Source of the DNA: an uncultured bacterium
GTDB taxonomy: Bacteria > Actinomycetota > Acidimicrobiia > Spongiisociales > UBA5794
NCBI GenBank assembly: GCA_963801165.1
Contig: CAWDDT010000011.1
Location: 416,001 to 480,000, forward strand
Length of the DNA: 64,000 bases
Direction of reading: 5' to 3'
In this document: positions 35,699 to 45,459 of the stretch, piece by piece
Numbering within the stretch: the first letter of the stretch is position 1
Layout: each line of letters begins with the position of its first letter
Translations under genes and position numbers: made by a program
Notes under the pieces: model-generated
Told to the model about the DNA's origin: nothing
Databases searched by the model: none
The model's input: the letters and a program-made list of their open reading frames with translations, nothing else

Positions 35699-36489
35699 CA
35701 GGCTGCCTTCCCGGATACACGCTTCGAGCGCTCGTGATGCCCGAGCCGCTGGCTGGGGTTGATGTAGGCCTCGAGCCGTTCCACGACCATGCGGGGGCTC
35801 GCTCCCCCTTGCACGGCGAGGATGCCGTCCATGACCAGGTCCTTCTGTGCCATCTCCAGGTCATGGAGACGCTGCAGCTTCATGGCGATGGGGAGAAAGA
35901 CGAGGTTGGCGAAGACGACACCGTATAGCGTGGTGAGCAGGGCTAGCGACATGCCGATACCGAGCTGCTCTGGATCGGAGAGGTTGCCCAGCATGTTGAT
36001 CAAACCGACGACGGTGCCGAGCATGCCCATCGTCGGGGCATAGCCACCCATCGCCTTGAGAAACGAGATGACCGGAGCGTGTCGCTCTTCGAGGGCTGCC
36101 AACTCGATCTCCATCACCTCGCGCACCAGATCTCCGTCGACACCGTCAACCACCTGCTGCAACCCGAGCTTCATGAAGAGATCGTCGAGCGTCTCCAACT
36201 GCTCCTCCAGGGCGAGCACACCCTCCTTCCTGGCGATCTCGGCGAACTTCATCAGGCGGTCGATGGCATCGCTCGGATCGGGCTCCTTGCCGGTGAACGA
36301 CAGCAGAATGCCCTTGGGCACAGGTTTGATGTCCTTCAGCTGAAAACCGGTGAAGGACACACCGACGGTGCCCAAGATCACCAGCACGAGCGACGAAGGG
36401 CCGATGAGAGCCCCGAACGAGTTGCCATCCATGATGGTGGAGATCACGATCGCCATGATGGCGACGATGATGCCCCCGTAGGTGGTCAT
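35698..36489 (-). CDS. motA: Stator protein MotA
   Basis: ARKEGVLALE, GGYAPTMGMLGTVVGLI, ALLTTLYG. Confidence 0.96.
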   Translation of the reverse strand: MTTYGGIIVAIMAIVISTIMDGNSFGALIGPSSLVLVILGTVGVSFTGFQLKDIKPVPKGILLSFTGKEPDPSDAIDRLMKFAEIARKEGVLALEEQLETLDDLFMKLGLQQVVDGVDGDLVREVMEIELAALEERHAPVISFLKAMGGYAPTMGMLGTVVGLINMLGNLSDPEQLGIGMSLALLTTLYGVVFANLVFLPIAMKLQRLHDLEMAQKDLVMDGILAVQGGASPRMVVERLEAYINPSQRLGHHERSKRVSGKAA

Positions 36490-36491
36490 CG

Positions 36492-36737
36492 CTACTCCCC
36501 CTCACCGTCGATTGCAAACAACTTGGCGCGGCCACGAGGTTGCTTGTTGTGGGCGGCGGCGAGGACGGAAGCACGGATCCGCTCGATCCTGGCGACGAGA
36601 TGGTCGGGCACATCTACAACAACCATGCGTCGCCCACCGGCGAGAACTATGACCGTGTCGGGTGTCTCTTCGATCGCCTCGATGAGGTTGGCGTTGAGAA
36701 GCACCGTGTGGCCCGCAATAGGCGTCACCGGAATCAT
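36492..36737 (-). CDS. flbD: FlbD/SwrD family protein (copy 2)
   Basis: LLNANLIEAIEETPDTVIVLAGGRRMVV. Confidence 0.85.
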   Translation of the reverse strand: MIPVTPIAGHTVLLNANLIEAIEETPDTVIVLAGGRRMVVVDVPDHLVARIERIRASVLAAAHNKQPRGRAKLFAIDGEGE

Positions 36738-36802
36738 TGAGTCGCACCTCCTTGTGCATACCTGCCCGAATCCGTTTGGGCCGATTCAATTCCGTTGTCT
36801 TA

Positions 36803-36829
36803 CTGTCGGGAGCCGCGGCTCCCGCTTAA
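36803..36829 (-). promoter_or_regulatory. sigma28-type promoter for flbD2-motAB-fliL, overlapping an 18-bp palindrome
   Basis: TTAA-N15-CCCGACAG; the spacer lies within cgggagccgcggctcccg. Confidence 0.6.
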
Positions 36830-36896
36830 TGACCATTTCGGGATCGAGGTCAGAAGAAATCGCGCCCTCGACACACCGTGCGCTGGTCCCCGGGAC

Positions 36897-37313
36897 TCAC
36901 CCGGAATGCGCGGGGGCCCTGACCTCGATCACGTTGGCGAGCGGGATCTTGATGCCGGAGTCGAGCTCCAGAATGGGCCCGTCTGCGGTGAAGCGGACTG
37001 TGTCGACAACGCCGGTGACGGCGTCACCGGCCACGGAGTAGGCGCTCACCTCTTTGCCGACCGTGCCCATCGCCAATGTGGTTTGCTGGAAGCCCAGCAG
37101 AGCCTGATTCGTCTCGGAGATCGCCTTGAGGGTCTCGACCGTCGTGAACTGGGCTGTCTGCTGCAACATGGCGCTGGCGTCTGTCGGAGAAAGCGGATTC
37201 TGGTAGCGCATCTGGGCAACGAGCAACTTGAGGAACGCGTCGCTGTCGAGTTGCCCGAGCGATGAGGAGACCGAAGTCGTCTGATCGCTTGCTCCCGTTA
37301 CGGGTTCAATCAT
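36897..37313 (-). CDS. flgD: Hook capping protein FlgD
   Basis: LDSDAFLKLLVAQMRYQNPLSP..QTAQFTTVE. Confidence 0.93.
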   Translation of the reverse strand: MIEPVTGASDQTTSVSSSLGQLDSDAFLKLLVAQMRYQNPLSPTDASAMLQQTAQFTTVETLKAISETNQALLGFQQTTLAMGTVGKEVSAYSVAGDAVTGVVDTVRFTADGPILELDSGIKIPLANVIEVRAPAHSG

Positions 37314-37324
37314 GATATCTCTCC

Positions 37325-38731
37325 TCAGATCCTGAGGTCGTTGTCGGCGGGCCGGGCGTAGCTGGGACGGGAACGGCGGGGCAGATCGGGCACTTTCTCG
37401 TACTGCTGATTGCCGCCCCGTCGGCGACCGTCTCCCGTCATCACGAAACCCCTGTCGGCGAGAACACCCTCTAGCTCGCTCAGGAACGGCTGCAAACCGC
37501 CAACCTGCGCAGAGGACGATGCGGGAACGACGTGGACTTCTGCACCACTGCGCACCGAGACTACGAGACGCAGTCCATCTATCTCCGGGATGTCGACGAT
37601 CATGGTCCGTGGCGGCGGCTGGGTTGATTGCATCTCGACCGCACGGAGGACGCGCTCGGCGAGCGCGGTGTGCTGGATCGGGATCGCCTGCTCGCCAAAG
37701 TTGCTCACGGTGGGGATAGGCCCGGACGTCGTCTCCGGGCTCAGCGAGGGCATCGTGGCTCCAGTGTGAGTTGTGGCAGGCTCGAGTCGCACTCTGGTGT
37801 CGCGGACCTGCACCGGGGTGCCTTCGGTCACCGCAACCCCCGCGCTCTGCAGCGCAACGGTTCGCTCTCCGGCGAGCCCGACGGCAGGGGGCGGGACGGA
37901 ACTCGCCGCGGCCATGTGAACGCTGTCGTGGTTGACCGCGACCGGCTGCTCACCGGCGTCCCCGTGGTCCGGGAGACGGGGTTTCGACACATGGTTCGGC
38001 GAGATCGGCACAAACCCGGTTTCGACGTCGTCGCGGACGGGCTCCGTCCCGGCGGCACCACCTTCGACTGGCGGCCCGGCAAGCAGGTCCGGGTCACTCA
38101 CCACCGGCGCCACGGACTCCGCCGGAGTGGGCACCGGCTGGACCGGTCCCCCCTTCTCTGGTGTCGCCGGCTCGGCGACCACCGGAACCATGGTCTGCCC
38201 GACCTCCGGCGCTGCCGACGCGCTGTCGAGGGTGTCTGCCGGCTGGACCCCGGCGCCGGTCTGCTCGGTGTCATTCGAGACAGGGGCCGCATCGGCCGCT
38301 ACGACCGCAGGGACCACAACCGCAAGGATCGCACTGTCGCCACCATCGTCGGTCGGTCGCTCGGGCAGCCCCGGTTTCACAGCCACCGGAGCCGTTCCGT
38401 CACCGTTGACCGGATCAGCCTGGTCGACCGAATCACCGGTGCCGGGTCGGGCCAGGACAAATGGGCTCGGTGCGCCGGACGCAGCCACCATACCTTCCAC
38501 GCCAACCCGGCGGGCGGGAGCGGTATCGGCATTTCCTTCACTATCGCCGGCAGTCTGTTCCCCACCGCCGGCGTCGCCGTTGCGGCCGGCAAACAGGTCG
38601 CCCATCGACTGCGGCACAAGACCCAGGGTCTGTGCGAGCATCTCGCCAAAGGTCATGTCACCGTGCTGCGCGTTGGCCGGAGCCGGCGACGAAGACAGGG
38701 GCAGCAGGTTGTTCTGCGGTTCGATCATCAC
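37325..38731 (-). CDS. fliK: Probable hook-length control protein FliK
   Basis: Long Pro/Ala low-complexity protein with a compact C-terminal domain, immediately upstream of flgD. Confidence 0.6.
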   Translation of the reverse strand: MMIEPQNNLLPLSSSPAPANAQHGDMTFGEMLAQTLGLVPQSMGDLFAGRNGDAGGGEQTAGDSEGNADTAPARRVGVEGMVAASGAPSPFVLARPGTGDSVDQADPVNGDGTAPVAVKPGLPERPTDDGGDSAILAVVVPAVVAADAAPVSNDTEQTGAGVQPADTLDSASAAPEVGQTMVPVVAEPATPEKGGPVQPVPTPAESVAPVVSDPDLLAGPPVEGGAAGTEPVRDDVETGFVPISPNHVSKPRLPDHGDAGEQPVAVNHDSVHMAAASSVPPPAVGLAGERTVALQSAGVAVTEGTPVQVRDTRVRLEPATTHTGATMPSLSPETTSGPIPTVSNFGEQAIPIQHTALAERVLRAVEMQSTQPPPRTMIVDIPEIDGLRLVVSVRSGAEVHVVPASSSAQVGGLQPFLSELEGVLADRGFVMTGDGRRRGGNQQYEKVPDLPRRSRPSYARPADNDLRI

Positions 38732-39414
38732 GCGACGCCTCCGAGTTGTCTGTAGTAGTCGAGAACCCGGGGCACATACGCCCGAGTCTCAGCAATATTG
38801 GGTATTCCACCGGCTTGGCGAACCCGGCCCGGTCCTGCGTTGTAGGCAGCGAGACCCAGGTCGATGGAGCCGAATTCCTTGATGGTCCAGGCCAGATACC
38901 GGGCACCACCGTCGAGATTCTGTGCGGCATCCTCGGGATCCACCCCGAGCCCTTGTGCGGTTGCCGGCATGAGCTGGGCGAGCCCGGTCGCACCCGACGG
39001 CGAGACGGCCGCAGCATCGAAACCGGACTCCTGCCACACCAGGGCCGCTAGCAGCCGCGGGTCGATGCCTGCGTCGGTGGCAGCGCACTCGATCTGGTCG
39101 GCCCACTGTTGCCCTGCGGCGGGAAGCAGACCCCGCCAGTAGTTTGTAGCGCCGGTGAGAACCGATCCGGACCTGGTGATGATGGGCGTTCCCAGGATGC
39201 CGATCGGCACCGCCGTCGTGGTGGTCGCCGGGTTTGCCAACGGAGCAACGGCGAACGTGTCCGGGCTGGATGTCTCCACCTGGGCTGCCGCGAGAGTCTC
39301 GGCAAAGCTGGCCCTGGTGGACCCGCTGCTGTGCGAGGTGGCAAGGTTGTGCCGGAAGTGGCTCTGGATCTCCCCGATCCGGCTGCCCGCAGCGAACAAC
39401 GAGGACACCGTCAT
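38728..39414 (-). CDS. Lytic transglycosylase (SLT domain)
   Basis: ALVWQESGF..AVSPSGATGLAQLMPATA, LAAYNAGPG, ETRAYV. Confidence 0.92.
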   Translation of the reverse strand: MTVSSLFAAGSRIGEIQSHFRHNLATSHSSGSTRASFAETLAAAQVETSSPDTFAVAPLANPATTTTAVPIGILGTPIITRSGSVLTGATNYWRGLLPAAGQQWADQIECAATDAGIDPRLLAALVWQESGFDAAAVSPSGATGLAQLMPATAQGLGVDPEDAAQNLDGGARYLAWTIKEFGSIDLGLAAYNAGPGRVRQAGGIPNIAETRAYVPRVLDYYRQLGGVA

Positions 39415-39848
39415 ACGAGACCATCTCCCATCCTCGTGTGCATCATGCCCGCGAGGTCGTCCAGCGCCTTCTCAGCCGCCTTGGCCGCTTGCTGGACGGT
39501 CTCCTGCTTCTTCTTCTCGTCGAGGCGCTCGGCAGCATCGAGGTCGGCCGCGGCGCGGCGCCAAGCCTCAGACTTGGCGTGTACCGCACGCTCGGATTGC
39601 GCCACGACTTGAGTGGCCGCGGTGAGCATCTCGTAGGACCCCAAACCACGCAACTGCAGGGAGCGCAGTTGCGCCGAACTCAGGATGTCCTCGGGCCGGA
39701 GCGTCTCCCGATGCCTCTCCTTCAGCTCCTCGAGTTTCCGGCGAGCTTGCTCGTGAGCCTGCCGGGTAGTGGCCAACGACGCCCGCGCCTGCTTCTCGTC
39801 GATGGCGCGGAGCCGGGACAGCACATTGAATGGGTTTCGCTTCATCAT
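39411..39848 (-). CDS. fliJ: Flagellar export chaperone FliJ
   Basis: Coiled coil VLSRLRAIDEKQARASLA..ERLDEK..KALDDLA; follows fliI. Confidence 0.78.
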   Translation of the reverse strand: MMKRNPFNVLSRLRAIDEKQARASLATTRQAHEQARRKLEELKERHRETLRPEDILSSAQLRSLQLRGLGSYEMLTAATQVVAQSERAVHAKSEAWRRAAADLDAAERLDEKKKQETVQQAAKAAEKALDDLAGMMHTRMGDGLV

Positions 39849-41164
39849 GTGGTCGCTCCGAGCTGCGGTCGGAGGGCCTCGAACTGGGCCCAGGCGTCCT
39901 CGAAGGCGACAATCTCTTCTGACTTCTGCCGCAGGAACTCGACCAGGGCGGGCTTGGCCGCGAGTCCCCGGTCCGCCGCCGGGTTCGTGCCGGGTACATA
40001 GGCGCCGACCTCGACGAGATCGCGCACCTCCTCGGCGGCGGCAAGCGCATCCTGAGCCGCGGTCACCAGAGCGCGCCGCTCGGCCGATACCAGGCGGGGG
40101 GCGAGACGAGACAGGGACGCCAACGGATCGATAGCAGGGTACCGACCCGAGATTGCGATGCGACGGTCGAGAACGACATGGCCGTCGAGGATGGAGCGGG
40201 CCGTGTCGGCGATCGGATCGTTCATGTCGTCGCCCTCGACCAGGACGCTGTAGTAGCCGGTGATCGTGCCCTGCGCCCGCGGCCCGGCGCGCTCGAGCAG
40301 CCGCGCCATCAACGAGAACACCGATGGGGTGTACCCACGTGCCGTCGGGGGCTCGCCGGCGGCGAGACCGATCTCGCGCTGCGCCATGGCAAGCCGGGTG
40401 AGCGAGTCCATGAGCAGCAGAACATCGTTGCCCCGGTCGGCGAACCACTCGGCGATCCGGGTGGCCAGCAGGGAGGCGCGGAGCCGCATCAGGGCAGGCT
40501 GGTCACTCGTGGCGACAACGACGATTGACCGTGCCATCCCGTCGGGCCCCAGTTCGTCCTCGATGAACTCACGCACCTCACGTCCGCGCTCCCCGATCAG
40601 AGCGAGGACGGCAACATCGGCACCGGTGCCGCGCGCCATCATTCCGAGCAGCGTCGACTTGCCGACACCCGACCCGCCGAAGATCCCGATCCTCTGTCCT
40701 TTGCCGGTCGTGCAGAACGTGTCGAGCACCCGGATCCCCGTCGGGAGCGGCTGGGCGATTCTCATTCTCTCGAGCGGCGAGGGTGCCGGGGCCACGACGT
40801 CGGTGGGCTCGCCCTCCAGCGCGGGTCCGTTGTCGAGGGGGCGACCGAGACCATCGATGACCCGGCCGATCAGCGACTCGGTCATCTGCATCGAGAGACC
40901 GGCCCGATCGGTGGTGGCAACATCACCCTTACCGATGCCGGACACCTCACCGTATGGCAGTACCCGGGCACCTTCGGGGGTCAGTGCGATCACCTCGGCC
41001 TGACGAACCGCGTCGTAGGTCCGGATCGCCAACGAGTCGCCGATCTTCAAGCGGAGTCCTCGCACCTCGAGCTCATGGGTAGTTACCCGGGCTACCCGAC
41101 CGGAGACACGCCAGGGCGACACTCCTTCGAGCTGGTCGAGCCGGGCACGGAGCAGAGCGGTCAC
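39845..41164 (-). CDS. fliI: Flagellar export ATPase FliI
   Basis: GGSGVGKST, ALIGERGREVREF, LLMDSLTRLAMAQREIGL. Confidence 0.97.
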   Translation of the reverse strand: MTALLRARLDQLEGVSPWRVSGRVARVTTHELEVRGLRLKIGDSLAIRTYDAVRQAEVIALTPEGARVLPYGEVSGIGKGDVATTDRAGLSMQMTESLIGRVIDGLGRPLDNGPALEGEPTDVVAPAPSPLERMRIAQPLPTGIRVLDTFCTTGKGQRIGIFGGSGVGKSTLLGMMARGTGADVAVLALIGERGREVREFIEDELGPDGMARSIVVVATSDQPALMRLRASLLATRIAEWFADRGNDVLLLMDSLTRLAMAQREIGLAAGEPPTARGYTPSVFSLMARLLERAGPRAQGTITGYYSVLVEGDDMNDPIADTARSILDGHVVLDRRIAISGRYPAIDPLASLSRLAPRLVSAERRALVTAAQDALAAAEEVRDLVEVGAYVPGTNPAADRGLAAKPALVEFLRQKSEEIVAFEDAWAQFEALRPQLGATT

Positions 41165-41712
41165 AGCAGCACCTCGCGAGCGATCTGAAGCGCCGCCTCC
41201 CTGGTCAGGTCGGCAGAGGACCAGCGGCCCCCGATACGAGCCTCCCCCGGGCGCAGGGACGGGTCTCGCTGGATCGTCACTCCGGCGGGCAGAGCCACAA
41301 CACCCGATACCGAGTCCCAGTCCTGGGGATGGATTGCAACAACTATGTCTTCATCATCGAGGTTGGTGATCGCGTCCCGGATCCGGGCCCCCAGCGCTCC
41401 CCCGTCATCAGGCGGCAACTGGCCGACTGCGAACTCTGCGATCTCGAGCGCCACCCCGATCGTTTGATCGATATCGTTCGCACGCAGCTCACCGAGCAGC
41501 CGCACGGCATCGCGGAGGGCGGCATCGACGCGGGTGACGGCCCCCTCCATGTCGGATCGGCCGGCGGCGAAACCTTCGCGACGGCCGGCTTCGAACGCCT
41601 CGGCGCGAACGGCGTCGAGCAGCTCGGCGGTGGCGTCGTCGACAAACTGGCGCCCCTGGACGCTGTAGGCGGACGGTGCGGAAACGGACGGATTGCGGAT
41701 GACCCTATTCAA
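41161..41712 (-). CDS. fliH: Flagellar assembly protein FliH
   Basis: AFEAGRREGFAAG repeats, IHPQD, DPSLRPG; between fliG and fliI. Confidence 0.82.
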   Translation of the reverse strand: MNRVIRNPSVSAPSAYSVQGRQFVDDATAELLDAVRAEAFEAGRREGFAAGRSDMEGAVTRVDAALRDAVRLLGELRANDIDQTIGVALEIAEFAVGQLPPDDGGALGARIRDAITNLDDEDIVVAIHPQDWDSVSGVVALPAGVTIQRDPSLRPGEARIGGRWSSADLTREAALQIAREVLL

Positions 41713-42709
41713 TGAGCTCGTTCTCCTCGCCGCGGGAAATCACGATTTCCCCGGCCTCTTCGAGCTGGCGAACGGCGCCGATCACCTTGGTGCGCGCCAA
41801 ATCGACGTCGGTTCGGCGCACCGGGCCGAGCAGCTCGATCTCCTCGAGCAGACTCTCCTTCGCCCGCGTCGACATGTTGCGCATGATTGCGTCGGAGAGC
41901 TCGTCGTTGGCCCCTTTCATCGCCAGCGCCAGCTCCTGAGTGCTGACGTCCTGGAGGACCCGTTGGATCGATCGGTCGTCGAGAGTGACGATGTCATCGA
42001 ACACGAACATGAGAGCCCGCACCTCATCGGCGAGCTCCTCGTCGATGTCGCGGAGACGCTCCAGCACCGCTCGTTCGGTGGCGCGATCGGAGTTGTTGAG
42101 GACGTTGGCCAATTCCTTGACGCCGCCACGGGCGACCCCGGTTTCATCGGCGGCAACGGGACCGAGACGCCGCCTGAGCACGCTCTCGACCGATCGGATG
42201 ACCTCGCCGCTTATTCTCCCCATCTTCCCGACCCGAACGGCGACCTCGGCCTGGAAGTCCTCGTTGAACCTCTTGAGAACGGTGGCCGCATACGCCGCGG
42301 GCTGATGGGCGAGGATGACGGCAACGGTCTGCGGATGCTCCCCGCCGAGGACGTCGCCAAGCTGCTCGGCGTCGATCTGACGCACAAAGCCGAACGGCAC
42401 CGCCTCGAGATCGTTCATCATCCGCTCCAGCACCTGCGGCCCCTGCGTGCTGTTCCAATGCGACAGCATGTCACGGGCATAGTCAACACCGCCGGAAGCG
42501 AACACGTCGTTCGACTTCGTAGCGTCGTAGACCTCCTGGAACACGGCATCGATTACTTCCGGGCGCAGCCTGCCGATCTTGGCTACCTCTGTGGCGAGCT
42601 GCTCGACCTCTTGCTCGGTCAGGTGGTCCAGCATGCCCGATGCCGCCGTCGAACCGACGGCGACCACCAGGGCCGCGGCCTTCTGCTCGGGACGCAGTGA
42701 CGTACTCAT
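41705..42709 (-). CDS. fliG: Motor switch protein FliG
   Basis: QKAAAL, GGVDYA, EHPQTVAVIL, MFVFDDI, NMSTRA. Confidence 0.97.
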   Translation of the reverse strand: MSTSLRPEQKAAALVVAVGSTAASGMLDHLTEQEVEQLATEVAKIGRLRPEVIDAVFQEVYDATKSNDVFASGGVDYARDMLSHWNSTQGPQVLERMMNDLEAVPFGFVRQIDAEQLGDVLGGEHPQTVAVILAHQPAAYAATVLKRFNEDFQAEVAVRVGKMGRISGEVIRSVESVLRRRLGPVAADETGVARGGVKELANVLNNSDRATERAVLERLRDIDEELADEVRALMFVFDDIVTLDDRSIQRVLQDVSTQELALAMKGANDELSDAIMRNMSTRAKESLLEEIELLGPVRRTDVDLARTKVIGAVRQLEEAGEIVISRGEENELIE

Positions 42710-44217
42710 CGCCGGTCGGCCAACCAGCTTCGCAATAGCACCGCGATCTCCTCGGGTTGCCGCTGCACCAGGTTCATCACCTCAGGATGGATGCTGACGC
42801 CGCCATCGGTCTCGCCGGCGGGCACTGTCCCACCACCCAGGGCAGGCTGCACCACCTCGAGCGCTGCAACCCGCGATTTCTTGGAGGAGCCACGGGCCAT
42901 CATCAGCAAGGCACCCATCACGACGAGGAGTACTACCCCTCCGATGACCTGCGGGAGCATCGCCATTACATCCGTCGACGCCGCCGCAGGCGCCGTAGTG
43001 TCCTCGGTGACAACCTCGGGGGCCGGGAACGCGATGGTGGAGACCGAGATGGTGTCGCCTCGGGTCTGGTCGAGACCTACTGCGGCCGCCACCAGCGACT
43101 TGATCTCGTCGGAGGAGGGGATGGTGGTGCCGGTGAGAGAGCCGTCGTCCATCACGACTGCAACGGAGAGTTGTTCCACCTTGCCCGGCGCAGTGATCTC
43201 GTGGGAAATGACGTTGTCGACACCGTATTCGCGGACGACCTCGCTCCTGTCGTAGGTGTAATCGCCGTTTGAGTCGACCGTGATCTGCTGACCGTCGGTG
43301 CCCAGGGTCCCCCCGGACGGCGCCCCGGATCCCGCGTAGTTCTCGTCGACCGTCGATTCACGCAGAGCGACGGCGCCGTCCTGGGCGTAGGTTTGGGTGT
43401 CAACCGACTGCTCGTCGAAGTCGAGCCGGGCTCTGACCACCACCGAAGCAGCGTCCGAACCGACCACCGCCGTAAGCAGGTTCATGACATCGGTGGTCAG
43501 CGCCGACTCGAAGTCATGGGTCATCCGCAGGTTGCGGTTGCTGACGGCGCTGTCCTGGGCGATCTCACCTGCGGCGTGCAGGACGGTGCCATCCACGTTG
43601 GCCACCGTTACGTTGTCGGCATCGAGCCCTTCGACCCCGGAGGCGACGAGGAAGGTGACGGTCTCGGTGCCGAGCTCGCTCAAAGGTGTTGACGTCTCGA
43701 GCAGCACGGAGGCGGTCACCGGCTCCGCGGCGTCGGCGAACAGGGACTTCTCCGGGATGACCAGGTGGACGGTGGCTGCCGTGATGTCATCCATCGCCAA
43801 CAGCGTCTTTGCCATCTCACCCTCGAGGGCACGCTGGTAGTCCACCCGCTGGCGGAAGTCGGACACGTTGAGACCCTGGTCGTCGAGGATCGAGTAGCCC
43901 TCGGGCACGGCGCCATTCTGGACACCGGCGGTGGCCAGAGCGGCGCGGACCGTGTAGACCTCGGACTTGGGCACGAGGACGCGGGAACCGCCGCCCTCGA
44001 TCTCGTATGGCACACCTTGCCGATCCAGCTCGTCGACGACCGTGGAGAGAGTCGAATCGTCGAGGTTCGAGTAGAGGACGGTGTACGAGGGTGTGCTCAC
44101 CCATTTGAAGAACAGGAATGCCGCCATCACCAAAACGACACCGGCGATGCCAATGACTACCTGGTGGGCGAGTGGCAGCGAGACAAGCATGTCTCCGAGG
44201 CGGTTGCGACGCTCCAT
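42706..44217 (-). CDS. fliF: MS-ring protein FliF
   Basis: YTVLYSNL, YQRALEGEMAKT, VHLVIP..TASV, LLRSWL C-terminus. Confidence 0.95.
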   Translation of the reverse strand: MERRNRLGDMLVSLPLAHQVVIGIAGVVLVMAAFLFFKWVSTPSYTVLYSNLDDSTLSTVVDELDRQGVPYEIEGGGSRVLVPKSEVYTVRAALATAGVQNGAVPEGYSILDDQGLNVSDFRQRVDYQRALEGEMAKTLLAMDDITAATVHLVIPEKSLFADAAEPVTASVLLETSTPLSELGTETVTFLVASGVEGLDADNVTVANVDGTVLHAAGEIAQDSAVSNRNLRMTHDFESALTTDVMNLLTAVVGSDAASVVVRARLDFDEQSVDTQTYAQDGAVALRESTVDENYAGSGAPSGGTLGTDGQQITVDSNGDYTYDRSEVVREYGVDNVISHEITAPGKVEQLSVAVVMDDGSLTGTTIPSSDEIKSLVAAAVGLDQTRGDTISVSTIAFPAPEVVTEDTTAPAAASTDVMAMLPQVIGGVVLLVVMGALLMMARGSSKKSRVAALEVVQPALGGGTVPAGETDGGVSIHPEVMNLVQRQPEEIAVLLRSWLADRR

Positions 44218-44218
44218 T

Positions 44219-44530
44219 TCAGATCTGCATCCTCATGATCTCTTGGTAGGCCTCGATGGCCTTGTTCCGAACCTGTACCAGCAGGTCAACGCTGAGCTGA
44301 GCCTTCGTCATCGACGTCATCAGCTCCTGGACGGAGGCATCGCCGCCGGTTGCGATGTTCTGTGCGATGGAATCGGCGCCGAACTCGGCATCCGAAACCG
44401 ACTGCAGTGCCGAGGCGATCTTGTCACCGAATCCGTCCGCTGCAGTGGGGGCTGTCGGCTGCTGGGCAGCGGCTACGCCCGGGGTTCCGGCAACGCCGGA
44501 GATGGGAGGCAACATCATCCTATTGTCCAA
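44219..44530 (-). CDS. fliE: Basal-body protein FliE
   Basis: VQVRNKAIEAYQEIMRMQI. Confidence 0.95.
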   Translation of the reverse strand: MDNRMMLPPISGVAGTPGVAAAQQPTAPTAADGFGDKIASALQSVSDAEFGADSIAQNIATGGDASVQELMTSMTKAQLSVDLLVQVRNKAIEAYQEIMRMQI

Positions 44531-44924
44531 TCCTGAGTGCGGCCTGGTAGGTCTCCTCGTTGGTCTTGATGACCTGGAGATTCATCTGGTAACTCCGCTG
44601 GGCGGCGATCATGTCCGTCATCTCCTTGGAGAGATCCACAACCGGGCGAACCACATAGCCTTCTTCGTTGGCGAGCGGGTTGTCCGGATCGAAAACCACC
44701 ATCGGGTCGCCGTCTGAATCGAGGATCTCCACAGCGCGGGCACCTTCACCGACGCCATCACCGTCGAGCACCTCCTCAGCGTGGATCAGCTTCGCCCGGA
44801 ACGGCTCCTCGTCTGCCGAGCGAATCGTGTTGATGTTGGCGATGTTGTGAGCGATCGCCTGGAGCCAGAGCTGAGAAACGTCGGCTCCGCTGCGTGCGAT
44901 GTCGATTGCGTCGAAGGCACCCAC
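44520..44924 (-). CDS. flgC: Rod protein FlgC
   Basis: FDAIDIARSG..AHNIANINT, DPDNPLANEEGYV, VDLSKEMTDMIAAQRSYQMN; GTG start. Confidence 0.93.
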   Translation of the reverse strand: MGAFDAIDIARSGADVSQLWLQAIAHNIANINTIRSADEEPFRAKLIHAEEVLDGDGVGEGARAVEILDSDGDPMVVFDPDNPLANEEGYVVRPVVDLSKEMTDMIAAQRSYQMNLQVIKTNEETYQAALRIGQ

Positions 44925-45280
44925 TACGAGGTCCTCCCAATCGCCGAGCGCAGCATCCCGGCTTTGAAGTTGAAAGCCTCGACCATTGCCTGTTGGAGCA
45001 GATTGGTCTGCATCATCTCGACGACCTCGTTCTCGAGGCTCACGTTGTTGCCGATGGCATCGCCCGGGGCGCCGGTACCGGCAATGTCGGGATCCTGGAT
45101 CCGCTCCACCCGGTCGCCGGCGAGAGCCCGCCGCAGCTGGTCCTCGAAGGAGACCCGTGAAGCTTTGAACCCGGGGACTTCGGAGTTGGCAACGTTGTTG
45201 GCGGTGACTTCGGCTCTGGTGTTGAGCGCATCCATGGCGTATTCGATTGCCGCCATCGTCTGGTCGGAGATCGGTACCAT
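44924..45280 (-). CDS. flgB: Rod protein FlgB
   Basis: RAEVTANNVANSEVPGFKA..VSFE, GNNVSLENE. Confidence 0.92.
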   Translation of the reverse strand: MVPISDQTMAAIEYAMDALNTRAEVTANNVANSEVPGFKASRVSFEDQLRRALAGDRVERIQDPDIAGTGAPGDAIGNNVSLENEVVEMMQTNLLQQAMVEAFNFKAGMLRSAIGRTS

Positions 45281-45307
45281 GTCGCCTTTCCTTCTCGTAG
45301 ACGCGAA

Positions 45308-45359
45308 AGGGAAGAACGCAGGTGCGTTCTTCCCTGAATGCTTCGCGAGATCCATCTCG
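45308..45359 (-). promoter_or_regulatory. Structured flgB leader: GGA-loop hairpin followed by a 13-bp perfect stem
   Basis: Minus strand CGAGA-UGGA-UCUCG, then AGGGAAGAACGCA-CC-UGCGUUCUUCCCU-UUC. Confidence 0.55.
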
Positions 45360-45378
45360 TCTAAGTTGTTGTGCAACC

Positions 45379-45424
45379 CCGTCGGCCGGGTCGCTCACCG
45401 CATAAGGGCTAATACCGCATAAGG
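45379..45424 (-). promoter_or_regulatory. sigma28-type promoter for flgB operon with 11-bp direct repeat
   Basis: TTAT-N15-GCCGACGG (45379-45405); accgcataagg at 45397-45407 and 45414-45424. Confidence 0.65.
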
Positions 45425-45459
45425 TCTAGTGAGGAGATAGCCGCCCCTGTCGAGGCTTC

